This document shows positions 32,226 to 42,846 of a stretch of DNA of 64,000 nucleotides, one piece after another (positions within the stretch are counted from its first letter, which is position 1; the number at the start of each line of letters is the position of its first letter). The stretch comes from an uncultured Glaciecola sp. GTDB taxonomy: Bacteria > Pseudomonadota > Gammaproteobacteria > Enterobacterales > Alteromonadaceae. The stretch covers positions 2,016 to 66,015 of the forward strand of contig CAZXTD010000004.1 in assembly GCA_964643575.1 (NCBI GenBank), read 5' to 3'. The position numbers were made by a program, and so were the translations under genes. The notes under the pieces are model-generated. The model saw only the letters and a list, made by a program, of their open reading frames with translations, ran no database searches and was not told the DNA's origin.

Positions 32226-33179
32226 TTAATAAGGTGCAGAGTATACGCCATTTTTGATAGAAACTAGCACTTCTGTTTGTTTTGGTAACATGTTGCTCGA
32301 CCAATGCTCAAGCGCCCATGCTAAGCATTGGTGTACTGTACTAAATTTTGGCACTTGCTGATAGTCAAAACCGAGGCAATACAAAGCAATACGCATATTA
32401 GCTATGGCTTGTTGCTTTTTTACCGCTGGGGCGAGGTTTTGTTTGGATAATTTTTGCCTTTCAAACTTGCCGTTGTTGGCAACTGCTATTGGAATATGCA
32501 AATAATTGGGTGGTTCATGATTAAACGCTTTATATAAAGCAAGGTGAATTGGTGTGGTGTTTATTAGATCATAGCCCCTCACAATATTGCTGACGCCTTG
32601 CTCAATGTCATCGCTCACTACGGCTAAGTGATAAGCATAAATACCATCTTTTCGCTGCAAAACCGGGTCTTCTGCTGCCATTGGGTCAAGTATATTTTGT
32701 TGTCCTAAATGCTCATCCACAAAAGATAGCGGCAGGTGAGTTTGTAAAAAACGTATCGCTAGGCGTGGCGAACTATTGAGGGCAAGCGGCAAACTAAGGT
32801 CACGGCAATGTCCGTCGTAATAAGTGTGTCGTGATTTAATCTGTTGGCGAGTGCAGGCGCAGGCGTACAACCTTTTAAGTTTGTCTAACTGGCTTAAATA
32901 CTGTCGGTAAATTGCGTGGCGTTTACTTTGAAATACTACCTTTGCGTCCCATTCTAAGCCATGGTCAACAAGTGATTCGAGTATACCGGGTACGAGGTTT
33001 TGTTGTGCGCGAGGCTCGTCGATGTCTTCGATTCTGACTAACCAAGTGCCATTGTGTTGCTTGGCATGTAAGTAACTGGCAAGTGCACACACCAAAGAGC
33101 CAAGATGCAAAGGGCCGGTAGGAGAAGGTGCAAATCTTCCCACGTACCCTTTAGACGTTTTGTTGCTTTGCTCTGCCAA
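32226..33179 (-). CDS. gluQ: Glutamyl-Q tRNA(Asp) synthetase
   Basis: GRFAPSPTGPLHLGS, LVRIEDID, CACTR, KLSKQN; no anticodon-binding domain; downstream of dksA. Confidence 0.93.
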   Translation of the reverse strand: MAEQSNKTSKGYVGRFAPSPTGPLHLGSLVCALASYLHAKQHNGTWLVRIEDIDEPRAQQNLVPGILESLVDHGLEWDAKVVFQSKRHAIYRQYLSQLDKLKRLYACACTRQQIKSRHTYYDGHCRDLSLPLALNSSPRLAIRFLQTHLPLSFVDEHLGQQNILDPMAAEDPVLQRKDGIYAYHLAVVSDDIEQGVSNIVRGYDLINTTPIHLALYKAFNHEPPNYLHIPIAVANNGKFERQKLSKQNLAPAVKKQQAIANMRIALYCLGFDYQQVPKFSTVHQCLAWALEHWSSNMLPKQTEVLVSIKNGVYSAPY

Positions 33180-33215
33180 GCGGATAAGCCTCTAGGCCTA
33201 ATTGCCTCAGGCAAC

Positions 33216-33662
33216 TTAGCCTTGCAGTTGTTTTTCTTTAATCTCTGCCATCGTTTTGCAGTCGATGCATAAATCAGCGGTAGGGCGTGCTTCTAAACGC
33301 TTGATACCAATTTCGATACCACATGAATCACAAAAACCAAAATCGTCTTCTTCAATACGTTTAAGGGTCTTTTCGATTTTCTTGATAAGCTTACGCTCAC
33401 GGTCACGAGTACGAAGCTCAAGAGAAAACTCTTCTTCTTGAGCTGCGCGGTCGACCGGGTCGGGAAAGTTAGCGGCTTCGTCTTGCATGTGATGCACGGT
33501 ACGGTCGACTTCAACCCTTAATTGATTGCGCCAAGCGCCCAAAATTTTCTTAAAATGCTCAAGTTGAGCATCGTTCATGTACTCTTCGCCTGGCTTTTCT
33601 TGATAAGGTGCCAGTTCTGCTAGCGCGAGTAATCCAATTGATTTAGTACTTTCTGTTGGCAT
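33216..33662 (-). CDS. dksA: RNA polymerase-binding transcription factor DksA
   Basis: [14 protein letters not shown]...[15 protein letters not shown] zinc finger. Confidence 0.98.
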   Translation of the reverse strand: MPTESTKSIGLLALAELAPYQEKPGEEYMNDAQLEHFKKILGAWRNQLRVEVDRTVHHMQDEAANFPDPVDRAAQEEEFSLELRTRDRERKLIKKIEKTLKRIEEDDFGFCDSCGIEIGIKRLEARPTADLCIDCKTMAEIKEKQLQG

Positions 33663-33956
33663 CTGCCATTCTCCTAGCGTCTAACGTTTAGGCTCGCGGA
33701 ACACTTAATACTCCTTGAGTGTTGCCACATTACATTTTCATCCGCTATGTATACTACTTAAACCCAAACGAGATAAGTGTTCTTAAGATACTGATTAGCA
33801 ATATCTTTATAAAAGGTATCGAATGTGCTGTTACCACGCTCACCTAGTTTGTTAATTATTCAACTTAAGTCGAAAGCGTTTGGTCTGCGTTTTTCAGTAC
33901 CAGAAAAATTCAAGGACGGTAATATGGTGATTTTTTAGAAAAATGCAATCTTTTTT

Positions 33957-34658
33957 TTAAAAATCTATCGAAATAGGGTGCGTTAGCTTTATACCGTCTA
34001 AGTCCAAGTCGCAAGCATAACAAAGCACCTCAACCCCATGCGACTGCGCAAAATCAATCGCACTAGCATAGTCTGGATCAATGCTTTGGGCAATCTTAAA
34101 TTGGTCAATGGCTTCGCGCATCACACAAAACAACAGCGCTGCCCTTAACCCTTGTTGTGCAATTTCTGCTAGTTCGTAGCAGTGTTTTTGCCCGCGTTTG
34201 GTCACAGTATCGGGAAACATTGCAGTTTTTCCTTGGGCCAAAGTCGCAGACTTAACTTCTACATAACAGTCGGACATGCCGTCTTCTTGTAGCAAAAAGT
34301 CGATGCGACTGTTATTAAATTTTTGCTCTGGCAATATATGCGAGTATTGTGACAGCTCGCTTATGTGATGTTGCGATAAGGCTTCTTTTACTACTTTGTT
34401 CGCATTATTTGTATTAATACAAATTTTATTGCCTTTGATGTCGGTCGCATATTCCCATGTATATTGATATTTGCGCTTGGGGTTAGCCGATTTGCTCAAA
34501 TATACAATCGAGCCAGTGTCGTCGCATCCTGTCATTGCGCCCGTGTTAGGACAGTGCACTGTGATGACCTCGCCGCCAGATAATTGCACATCGGCTAAAA
34601 AGCGTTTGTATCTTTTTATAAGCTTTGCCTGAGTTAAGGCTGAAGAAAAGGCATACAT
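33957..34658 (-). CDS. sfsA: Sugar fermentation stimulation protein A
   Basis: KRYKRFLADV, HCPNTGAM, SRIDF, YVEVKS, FPDTVTKRGQKH. Confidence 0.95.
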   Translation of the reverse strand: MYAFSSALTQAKLIKRYKRFLADVQLSGGEVITVHCPNTGAMTGCDDTGSIVYLSKSANPKRKYQYTWEYATDIKGNKICINTNNANKVVKEALSQHHISELSQYSHILPEQKFNNSRIDFLLQEDGMSDCYVEVKSATLAQGKTAMFPDTVTKRGQKHCYELAEIAQQGLRAALLFCVMREAIDQFKIAQSIDPDYASAIDFAQSHGVEVLCYACDLDLDGIKLTHPISIDF

Positions 34659-34701
34659 TTGTTATTCTCTTGATAAATTCTTTGTCCATTGTGGAGCATT
34701 C

Positions 34702-36000
34702 ATGTCATTTTTTGTAGTTGAACTTAGCCAAAGCGCAGCAAAAGCGCCTTATTTACCCAGTTCTTTGGTTTCATATAAAGAAAATGCAGCCAGTATTCAT
34801 TTGCAATCGTCTAAAAACACAACACGCGACTTACAAAAAGCGACGCGTAAAATAGCGGCTTTGGGAGTCGTAGATATTGAGTTTGCAGGCGTTTGGACGC
34901 TTGAGCAGCAGGTCAGTTTTGTACAAAGCTTTTGTAATGCTGATTTTTCGGGTTCATTTAAATGGGCAACAGACAATGCCGATGATGTAGCAATGCTCGA
35001 AAACTACTTACTCGCGCTCTTAAAAACTCGCCAACTAGTTAACGCAACGCCTGAAGATATGAGCCCAGAAGCACTAGCGGATGCTGCGCAAAACTGGTTA
35101 AGCCAAATAGCGAAGGAACATGCCAAAGTTGATCTAAAGGCGAAACGCTGGACTGGGGAAGAATTAAAACAAGCAGGTTGGATGGGAATATACGAAGTCG
35201 GCAGAGGTAGCGAAAGGCCACCGGTGTTGCTAGAGCTCGACTTTAATCCTACGGGTAAGAGTGATGAAGTGGTTAGTACAGCCTTTGTGGGCAAAGGCAT
35301 CACTTTCGATAGCGGGGGCTACAGTATTAAGAGCAGCGAAGGCATGCTCGACATGAAGTGCGATATGGGCGGAGCAGCTACACTCACAGGTGCATTAGGT
35401 TTAGCCATTATGCATGGCCTGAAAAAACGCGTGAAACTCTATCTATGCTGTGCCGAAAACCTTATTAGCGGTCATGCTTATAAGCTAGGTGATGTGATTC
35501 ACTATAAAAACGGGACGACTGTCGAAATTGTGAATACCGATGCTGAAGGGCGTTTAGTATTAGCCGACGGCTTAATGGCGGCTTCTGAAAGCGGCGCACA
35601 GTTAATTATCGACGCAGCTACCTTAACAGGCGCAGCAGTTGCGGCACTCGGGCGTGAATATAACGCAGTGTTTAGTATGCATGATGATGCTAGTGAACAG
35701 TTTATGAAACTGTCGGCATCGCTTAATGAACCGCATTGGCGCCTACCTTTGGCGCAGTGGCATCAAGATCAGTGCCCGTCACCCTTTGCAGATACAGCAA
35801 ATAGTCGTCCTCAAAAAGGCGGTGGTGCAGGTGGCGCGTCAAATGCGGCCGGTTTTTTAGCACGCTTTGTTGATTATGAAAATAGTCAGTGGATACATCT
35901 TGATTTAGCAGCCGCTTACAGCAGAAACGCGACTGATTTAATGCCCGCAGGTGGCACAGGGATAGGCATAAGAACCTTGGCTAAAACCTTAACTAGCTAA
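34702..36000 (+). CDS. pepB: M17 aminopeptidase, PepB type
   Basis: VGKGITFDSGGYSIK, MKCDMGGAA, NTDAEGRLVLAD, DAATLTGA. Confidence 0.9.
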   Translation: MSFFVVELSQSAAKAPYLPSSLVSYKENAASIHLQSSKNTTRDLQKATRKIAALGVVDIEFAGVWTLEQQVSFVQSFCNADFSGSFKWATDNADDVAMLENYLLALLKTRQLVNATPEDMSPEALADAAQNWLSQIAKEHAKVDLKAKRWTGEELKQAGWMGIYEVGRGSERPPVLLELDFNPTGKSDEVVSTAFVGKGITFDSGGYSIKSSEGMLDMKCDMGGAATLTGALGLAIMHGLKKRVKLYLCCAENLISGHAYKLGDVIHYKNGTTVEIVNTDAEGRLVLADGLMAASESGAQLIIDAATLTGAAVAALGREYNAVFSMHDDASEQFMKLSASLNEPHWRLPLAQWHQDQCPSPFADTANSRPQKGGGAGGASNAAGFLARFVDYENSQWIHLDLAAAYSRNATDLMPAGGTGIGIRTLAKTLTS

Positions 36001-36053
36001 CTAAAATACTGGTCAAACTTAGCTTTGCAATCATTTATTATTTGACTGGACGC

Positions 36054-36236
36054 TTAGATGCCACCTAAGCGTTCGGCTAATTCTTTATACTTGGTTACGT
36101 CTTGGTCATCAAACATTGGCTCATCTGCAGCGTTTTTTTCTTTCGCTACTAAAAGATGTTCACGTTCTAAACGAGCCACTCTGGCTTCTTGAACGCCTAA
36201 AAACTCGGCAACTTGCGTTAAAGTCATTAATGCCAT
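36054..36236 (-). CDS. Small helix-turn-helix protein (MerR/excisionase-like fold)
   Basis: 60 aa; LMTLTQVAEFLGV..ARV pattern; GGAG RBS upstream. Confidence 0.65.
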   Translation of the reverse strand: MALMTLTQVAEFLGVQEARVARLEREHLLVAKEKNAADEPMFDDQDVTKYKELAERLGGI

Positions 36237-36402
36237 TGTGTTCTCCTGATATGAAAAGTTTTGTGTCGATGTAGAATATAACGACAGTAGATTAAAAATG
36301 TTTAGGTAAATGTGGTAATAACAGCAACAAAGTACTGATTTACTGTATTTTTATGCTATTGGCCTCACCAGCAGCACATCAAAGCAAAAACAGGAACAAT
36401 AA

Positions 36403-37008
36403 ATGACTGAAATTCTAGCCGCCGCCACCATGCTTTTTCTCATCATGGACCCTTTAGGCAATTTGCCTATCTATATGTCGGTGCTTAAATCTATCGAACC
36501 AAGGCGTAAACGCTTAGTTATTCTTAGAGAGCTTTGCATCGCTTTAGTCATCTTGTTTATCTTTTTGTTTAGTGGGCAAGCTCTGCTCGATTTTTTGCAG
36601 GTTAAGCAAGAAACTGTGAGTTTGGCAGGCGGCATTATTCTGTTTTTGATTGCAATAAAAATGATATTTCCAAAACCTGGTGGGGTGATGAACTTGCCTG
36701 AAGGTGAAGAGCCGCTCATTGTGCCTCTTGCTGTGCCAATGATAGCAGGCCCCTCAACAATGGCTGCGCTTATTCTATTGGCCAATCAAGAGCCCAATAA
36801 AATGCTAGATTGGAGCATTGCACTGCTTATTGCGTGGGGGCTTAGCGCTCTTATATTGTTGATGTCGGGTACTTTCCATCGATTGCTAAAAGACAAGGGC
36901 CTGCGGGCAATAGAGCGCTTAATGGGCATGATTTTGGTAATGATTGCGATACAGATGTTGTTAAACGGCATAACCGCTTACATAGACCACCTTATGCTGA
37001 CATCGTAA
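36403..37008 (+). CDS. MarC/YhgN-family inner-membrane protein
   Basis: LFLIMDPLGN, PLAVPMIAGPS, ERLMGMILVMIAIQM. Confidence 0.92.
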   Translation: MTEILAAATMLFLIMDPLGNLPIYMSVLKSIEPRRKRLVILRELCIALVILFIFLFSGQALLDFLQVKQETVSLAGGIILFLIAIKMIFPKPGGVMNLPEGEEPLIVPLAVPMIAGPSTMAALILLANQEPNKMLDWSIALLIAWGLSALILLMSGTFHRLLKDKGLRAIERLMGMILVMIAIQMLLNGITAYIDHLMLTS

Positions 37009-37168
37009 AGTTTTTGCTGTCATCTATACTAGTGTGCGCTTACGAGCGCTGGTATTTCTGACGTCATCAGGTATTATCGCCGCATAAACAAAACCAAAGC
37101 TTAACAAGCCAAACCTCCTCGGTTTTATCAGCGAAGGCGATTAAATTCGAGTATCAAGGGATTTCCCA

Positions 37169-37801
37169 ATGCAATTGCGAGAAAATAAATTAACCACCTT
37201 TGCCCAAGTTAGAGAGCTTCCCTCGCCAAAGAATGTGCTTTTTGCTTGTGCGTTGATGCAGCGCATGTTGCCTAACTATCAGTTATTCAGCCAAACCAGT
37301 GGTTTTGGCGACAGTCATCTTGCGCAGTCGTGCTTAAATTTGGTCTGGGAATGGTGCATGTCGCCACAAAGTAAGTTTAATGCCCAGGTGCAACTAGAAA
37401 AGTTAGAAGAGATTATTCCCGAGGTCAGTGACTTCGATACTTTTGGTGTGTATCCGGCACTGGATTACTGCATGGCCTTAAGTTCTGTTTTACAAGGTTT
37501 TAGTCAAGAGCATGAGCATGCTGCGGTAACGGTCGCTAAGCTAAGTCAGGGCTCGGTAGAAACTTACCTTTTGTTTAAGCATGAGCTGTTTGAGCATGAG
37601 TCGGCTTCAGGCGAACAAGAGATGCAAGCGCAAGCCATTAAAACGCATCCATTGATGGAGTTTGAAGTAGCGACGCAATTGAGCCTGCTAGAGTTTTGCA
37701 AAAGTAATAAAGTCACAAAAGACTTGGTTAAATCATTGCGAGCCGATTTGATGGCCGAAAACATGAGCAACTTAGGAATTGAGCTTAGTCCTGAGGGTTA
37801 A
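37169..37801 (+). CDS. YjaG/DUF416-family protein
   Basis: QRMLPNYQLF, FDTFGVYPALDYC, AKLSQGSV. Confidence 0.85.
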   Translation: MQLRENKLTTFAQVRELPSPKNVLFACALMQRMLPNYQLFSQTSGFGDSHLAQSCLNLVWEWCMSPQSKFNAQVQLEKLEEIIPEVSDFDTFGVYPALDYCMALSSVLQGFSQEHEHAAVTVAKLSQGSVETYLLFKHELFEHESASGEQEMQAQAIKTHPLMEFEVATQLSLLEFCKSNKVTKDLVKSLRADLMAENMSNLGIELSPEG

Positions 37802-38438
37802 ATTCGTATAAAAAGGCGAGTGCTTGGCTCGTCTTTATCTGTTTGAGTAATTGAAATGCTTGCGGTATTTCGCACTTGTCGTCGTGTCCTAATTCTAAGT
37901 AAATTTTCGCTTGAGGGGCAAGCAAGTTCTCATTAATGAGTTTATCTATACTCGCTTGCACCATATTTTTACCAAAAGGTGGGTCGATAAAAACCATCGA
38001 CAAGCGCTTAGTAAATTCTTTCAAGTCAGCTTCTAAAGCGCCCTTGTTAAGTACCAAAGCTTGTTCATCCTCTCGAAGCGTCTTAAGATTATCGCTTATT
38101 TGTTGACTTACCTTCGCATCTTGTTCAATAAAAATACAGTAGCAAGCGCCTCTTGATAAAGCTTCTATACCCAAACCTCCGCTACCTGCGTACATATCTA
38201 AGCAAATGGCTTGGGGTGTGTCGTGCATTAACCAGTTAAATAGGGTTTCTTTAACGCGGTCGCCTGTTGGTCGCAATCCTTCATGCACCAGCACTGGCAG
38301 GCGCCTACCGCGATGCTTACCGGCAATAATGCGCACCAAGCCTCGGCTAGTGGGGGCTTTGCCGCGCCTATTATCGTTAGGTCTTGCGCCTTTTGGAAGA
38401 CGCTTGTTACTTTTTGTTCGATTTGGGATTGGCGGCAT
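37785..38438 (-). CDS. rsmD: 16S rRNA m2G966 methyltransferase
   Basis: RIIAGKHRGRRL, LRPTGDRVKETLFNWL, DMYAGSGGLG, DPPF; divergent from ftsY. Confidence 0.95.
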   Translation of the reverse strand: MPPIPNRTKSNKRLPKGARPNDNRRGKAPTSRGLVRIIAGKHRGRRLPVLVHEGLRPTGDRVKETLFNWLMHDTPQAICLDMYAGSGGLGIEALSRGACYCIFIEQDAKVSQQISDNLKTLREDEQALVLNKGALEADLKEFTKRLSMVFIDPPFGKNMVQASIDKLINENLLAPQAKIYLELGHDDKCEIPQAFQLLKQIKTSQALAFLYEFNPQD

Positions 38439-38513
38439 AGGGCGACACGGTGCTATAATTTGCAGATTGTACGATTATCATATCAAGAATTTACAGGCGA
38501 AGCGTAGACAAAG

Positions 38514-39785
38514 ATGTCAAAATTATTTAGTTGGTTTAAAAAAGACTCTCCTTCCACAAGTGATCAAAAAGAACAAACGCAAGATGAAACCCTTCAAAAA
38601 GAAGGTGAGTTAGCAAATGAACCTATTGAGCAAAACAATGACTCAGATGAAGCCATCCAGTTACAAGCGTCAGCAACAGAAACCGCAAGTGATGATGTGC
38701 TTAACGGCACTCAAGACAAAGAAGTTATTGAGCTTGAAATTGAAAAAACCGAAGCAGAAATAGAAGGCGCAGAGAATACTCAAGACAACTCAACAGAGCA
38801 AAGCGAAACGGCTGTTGTGCTTAAAAATGAGACTAGTGCCCAAGCCAATAAACCGAGTTTGTTTGCCCGCTTAAAGTCGAGCCTGGCACGCACAAAAGCT
38901 AATATCGGCAGTGGTTTTAGCAGCTTTTTACTCGGCAAAAGCATTGATGATGAACTATATGAAGAGCTCGAAACCCAGCTCTTATTAGCCGATGTTGGTA
39001 TGACAACCACCAACAAAATAATTGATGAACTGACCCAAAACGCAAAAAGCTCTCAATTAAAAGATGGCGAGGCCCTGTCTAAAATACTGCAGGATCAAAT
39101 GCAGACAATATTGGATAAAGTGAATCAACCATTAGACTTTGACTTGGCCAAAGACGAACAAGGCAACAAGCAGCCTTTTGTTATCCTTATGGTAGGTGTT
39201 AACGGTGTGGGTAAAACCACGACTATTGGTAAATTGGCTAAGCAATTTCAAGCCGACGGCAAGCGAGTAATGCTGGCAGCCGGCGACACTTTCAGAGCAG
39301 CTGCTGTTGAGCAGTTGCAAGTGTGGGGTGAGCGAAATGACATACCCGTGGTCGCGCAGCACACAGGCGCCGACAGCGCGTCAGTAATTTTTGATGCGAT
39401 TGCTTCTGCGCAAGCTAAAAATGCAGACGTGTTAATAGCAGACACCGCAGGCAGGCTACAAAACAAAGACAACCTAATTGAAGAGCTTAAAAAAGTGGTC
39501 CGCGTGATGAAAAAGCTCATCCCTAACGCACCTCACGAAATCATGCTAACCTTAGACGCAAGTACAGGGCAAAACGCTGTGAGCCAAACGCGTATCTTTA
39601 ACAAGGCGGTGGGCATCACGGGTATTAATTTGACCAAGCTTGATGGCAGCGCTAAAGGCGGTGTTATTTTTGCCTTAGCCGACGAGTTTGCAATACCGGT
39701 TCGTTACATTGGTATTGGTGAGGGCATAGATGACCTGCGCGAATTTGAGTCTAAAGCCTTTGTAGATGCCCTGTTTGCTGATTAA
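38514..39785 (+). CDS. ftsY: SRP receptor FtsY
   Basis: Acidic N-domain, GVNGVGKTTT, DTFRAAA, DTAGR, TKLDG.AKGG. Confidence 0.98.
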   Translation: MSKLFSWFKKDSPSTSDQKEQTQDETLQKEGELANEPIEQNNDSDEAIQLQASATETASDDVLNGTQDKEVIELEIEKTEAEIEGAENTQDNSTEQSETAVVLKNETSAQANKPSLFARLKSSLARTKANIGSGFSSFLLGKSIDDELYEELETQLLLADVGMTTTNKIIDELTQNAKSSQLKDGEALSKILQDQMQTILDKVNQPLDFDLAKDEQGNKQPFVILMVGVNGVGKTTTIGKLAKQFQADGKRVMLAAGDTFRAAAVEQLQVWGERNDIPVVAQHTGADSASVIFDAIASAQAKNADVLIADTAGRLQNKDNLIEELKKVVRVMKKLIPNAPHEIMLTLDASTGQNAVSQTRIFNKAVGITGINLTKLDGSAKGGVIFALADEFAIPVRYIGIGEGIDDLREFESKAFVDALFAD

Positions 39786-39817
39786 CCTTTTTAGGTAACA
39801 AGACAAAACAATAAAAA

Positions 39818-40507
39818 ATGATCAAATTTGAAGAAGTAAGTAAAACATACCGCGGCGGCCAGCAAGCCCTGAGTAAAGTCGATTTTCATGTAGAACAGGG
39901 TGAAATGGCTTTTTTAACAGGGCACTCGGGCGCTGGAAAAAGTACCTTACTGAAGTTAATCAGTTTGATGGAGAGGCCCACAGTAGGCAGAGTCTTGATT
40001 AACGGACATGATCTCGGCCAAATAAAGCGCAAGCAAATAGCCTACATCCGCCGTGATATAGGCATGATTTTTCAAAGCCATCAGCTGCTTATGGATAAAT
40101 CAGTATTCGATAATGTGTCTTTGCCTTTAATTATTGAAGGCCACACCCGCAAAACGATAAAAAAGAGAGTGGAAGCTGCGCTTGAAATGGTTGGCCTGCG
40201 CGATAAAGTCAACAACTTGCCCATTACTTTGTCAGGTGGTGAACAGCAACGTGTGGGTATTGCAAGAGCGGTGGTAAATCGCCCTCCCTTGTTACTTGCT
40301 GACGAACCTACCGGCAACCTTGATCCTAAGTTGTCGATGGAAATTATTCGCTTGTTTGAGGATTTTAACAGTGCTGGTGTGTCGGTATTTATTGCCACTC
40401 ACGACCTTGGCCTTATAGCGCGCATGAAGTACCGTACACTGACCTTAAAAGACGGACGCATGATTACCGATGGTTTGTCGCAAAACGACCAAGGTGAATG
40501 GACATGA
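39818..40507 (+). CDS. ftsE: Cell-division ATP-binding protein FtsE
   Basis: GHSGAGKST, LSGGEQQRV, LLADEPTGNLD. Confidence 0.96.
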   Translation: MIKFEEVSKTYRGGQQALSKVDFHVEQGEMAFLTGHSGAGKSTLLKLISLMERPTVGRVLINGHDLGQIKRKQIAYIRRDIGMIFQSHQLLMDKSVFDNVSLPLIIEGHTRKTIKKRVEAALEMVGLRDKVNNLPITLSGGEQQRVGIARAVVNRPPLLLADEPTGNLDPKLSMEIIRLFEDFNSAGVSVFIATHDLGLIARMKYRTLTLKDGRMITDGLSQNDQGEWT

Positions 40508-41484
40508 GTATACTGTTTAAAGGACGACAGCAGGGTGCGAGTTCGCATAAAGTGAGCCTACTACAGCGCTTTATTATGTTTTTTGCAGACCACCTTCGTC
40601 AATGCGTTAATAGCTTGGGCAATCTTTATAGGACACCGTTTGCATCTCTTATGACAATAGGCGTTTTGGGTTTTAGTATCACTTTGCCTAGTACGCTTTA
40701 TATTATGGTTGAAAATACCGAACAGGTCACGGAAGAATGGCAACAAGCGTCTGAAATTTCACTATTTTTGCGGACAAACGTGAACGAGACGCAAGCTCAG
40801 CAATTGGTTGCGAGATTGTCGACTTGGGATGAAATTAGTCAAGTTAAGTATGTCTCGGCAGACGAGGGGTTACAAGAGTTTCAGCGTTTATCAGGCTTAG
40901 GTGAAGCCTTACAGTATTTGGATGAAAACCCGGTGCCTGCAACCGTATTAGTGGTGCCTAATTCAAAGCATGCGACACCTACCGCAGCGGGAATATTACT
41001 TGATAAACTCATTAAAGAACGTGAAGTAGATATTGGTAAGTTAGATATTGAATGGTTAGAACGTTTGTATGGCTTGCTCGCCATTGCAAAAGAGCTGGTT
41101 TATTTGCTGGCTATATTGCTATTTTTTGCGGTGGTTTTAATTATTGGCAACACGATTCGTTTAAATATTCTGAATCAACGCGATGAGATTTTAGTCATGA
41201 AACTCGTTGGTGCAACCGATGCATTTATCCAGCGCCCATTTTTATACACGGGTTTTTGGTATGGCCTATTAGGCGGCATTATGGCGTGGTTAACCGTGTC
41301 GGCAATTTTATTGTGGATTGGTTGGAGTCTCGAGAGCTTTATGCAGCAATACAGCATTCAACTTGATATTACCGGTATGAATATCAATGCTTTGGGTGTG
41401 ATGTTATTGGTTTCAATAATGCTAGGCTTGATGGGCTCATTTTTGTCAGTGCAAAAACACGTGAATGAGATTGAACCCGAATAA
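40498..41484 (+). CDS. ftsX: Cell-division permease FtsX
   Basis: ENPVP, IGNTIRL, MKLVGATDAFIQRPF. Confidence 0.95.
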   Translation: MDMSILFKGRQQGASSHKVSLLQRFIMFFADHLRQCVNSLGNLYRTPFASLMTIGVLGFSITLPSTLYIMVENTEQVTEEWQQASEISLFLRTNVNETQAQQLVARLSTWDEISQVKYVSADEGLQEFQRLSGLGEALQYLDENPVPATVLVVPNSKHATPTAAGILLDKLIKEREVDIGKLDIEWLERLYGLLAIAKELVYLLAILLFFAVVLIIGNTIRLNILNQRDEILVMKLVGATDAFIQRPFLYTGFWYGLLGGIMAWLTVSAILLWIGWSLESFMQQYSIQLDITGMNINALGVMLLVSIMLGLMGSFLSVQKHVNEIEPE

Positions 41485-41511
41485 AACGCTTTCTCGCCAT
41501 ACTAAATAACG

Positions 41512-42738
41512 CTACGCTTTTGCAACCGGATACATCGTCGAGACAGCTGTTGTCATGTCGTATTGCCATCGTATAGCTTGCTTGTGCTTTTCAAACAAAA
41601 TATCGGTGCTTAATTCAATTTCTCTGCTATTTTGCAGCAATCCATGCCAATTACCGGCTTCAATGGCAACGGCGCTCGATAATATAGACCAGTATTCACC
41701 TTCTTTTCTGATAAGCGCATCCTCTATCTTTTCCTCAAGCTCTAGCTTGTGTAATAGGTCAGTTATGGGCTTTTCTAGGATGATATCGATTAATGAAAAC
41801 AAACCGACTAAGAAGGCAGACATAGCATCGGCTTGATCAGCAATTTCAGCGTCGACTATTTCACAGAATTTGGCTCTTGAGAGTGACAAGTTTAGCAATT
41901 CATTAGGTTGCTCTGAGTTTAAGCCCGCCAGAGAAATGATGGCGACAAAGCGTCGTATCATCAACTCGCCCAAATAGTTTAGAGCATGACTAATAGAAGT
42001 TATTTTAAATGACTTATTGACCAAGGGGTTGTTAATAAACTTCATTAACAAAAAAGACAAAGTTGGGTCTTTTTCAAATACACCTTGTAATAGCTTTTTA
42101 TTCAGCTCGGGCTTGGCTATTTCAGATAATAGCTGCATGTATGCGAGCTTTGAGGCGGGCACAGTTTTCTTATTGCTTTCTTTTTTCTCTAAAAAGAAAA
42201 AGCCCTGCACATAATCGATACCATGTATTTTGCATTGTTCAAACTGGAAATTAGTGTGGACTTGTGTGGCTATTATTTTAATATTTTTGGTGGCGATAGA
42301 CTGTTTTAGCTGCGCCACTTGGTCTTTGGTGGTGTTAAGCAGCTCTAACTTCACATAGTCAACGAGGGCGAAAAACTCAGGCCACTCTAGCTGGTGTACA
42401 TGTCCTACTAGTTTAAACCCCTTGCTTTTAAGCGTTTTAATTTGAGTAATAAGTTCGCTTTCGGGCCTGATTTGTAGCTCAGAGAGTTCGACGATAACGT
42501 CTTGTGGGCTAAACCATTCTCCAAAATCAAACACAGAATCACTGTGAATATTCACAATCGTCATATTTTGCTGTAGCAAGTCGTCAAGGCTCAAACCGTG
42601 GTCGGGTTCACCATTAAGCTGAAGCTCATTGATATCCACAGGAAATAGTCCCGCGCGCGAGTCGCGATATAAAAACTGATAGGCGAAAAGCTTTTTATCA
42701 ATGCTGAATACGGGCTCGCGGGCAAAAATACGATTCAT
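41512..42738 (-). CDS. Degenerate EAL plus HDOD domain protein (CdgJ/YuxH-like)
   Basis: Paralogue of the upstream gene but with AYQFLYR, no DD motif and no EKVE; HDOD with DPTLS..LMKFIN. Confidence 0.85.
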   Translation of the reverse strand: MNRIFAREPVFSIDKKLFAYQFLYRDSRAGLFPVDINELQLNGEPDHGLSLDDLLQQNMTIVNIHSDSVFDFGEWFSPQDVIVELSELQIRPESELITQIKTLKSKGFKLVGHVHQLEWPEFFALVDYVKLELLNTTKDQVAQLKQSIATKNIKIIATQVHTNFQFEQCKIHGIDYVQGFFFLEKKESNKKTVPASKLAYMQLLSEIAKPELNKKLLQGVFEKDPTLSFLLMKFINNPLVNKSFKITSISHALNYLGELMIRRFVAIISLAGLNSEQPNELLNLSLSRAKFCEIVDAEIADQADAMSAFLVGLFSLIDIILEKPITDLLHKLELEEKIEDALIRKEGEYWSILSSAVAIEAGNWHGLLQNSREIELSTDILFEKHKQAIRWQYDMTTAVSTMYPVAKA

Positions 42739-42846
42739 GAGTTTACTCGTGGTTTAGTGTGGCTTAAATTATTAATAGTCATTCATTTTCAATATTGATG
42801 CTACTCAGTAAAATACGCTTATTCAAAAGGGCTTATTCATTCGTGC

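Noticed and set aside
33180-33215. Short hairpins between dksA and gluQ (TTGCC-TCA-GGCAA)
   Set aside because: The stems are only 4-5 bp with no U-tract, too weak to call an attenuator
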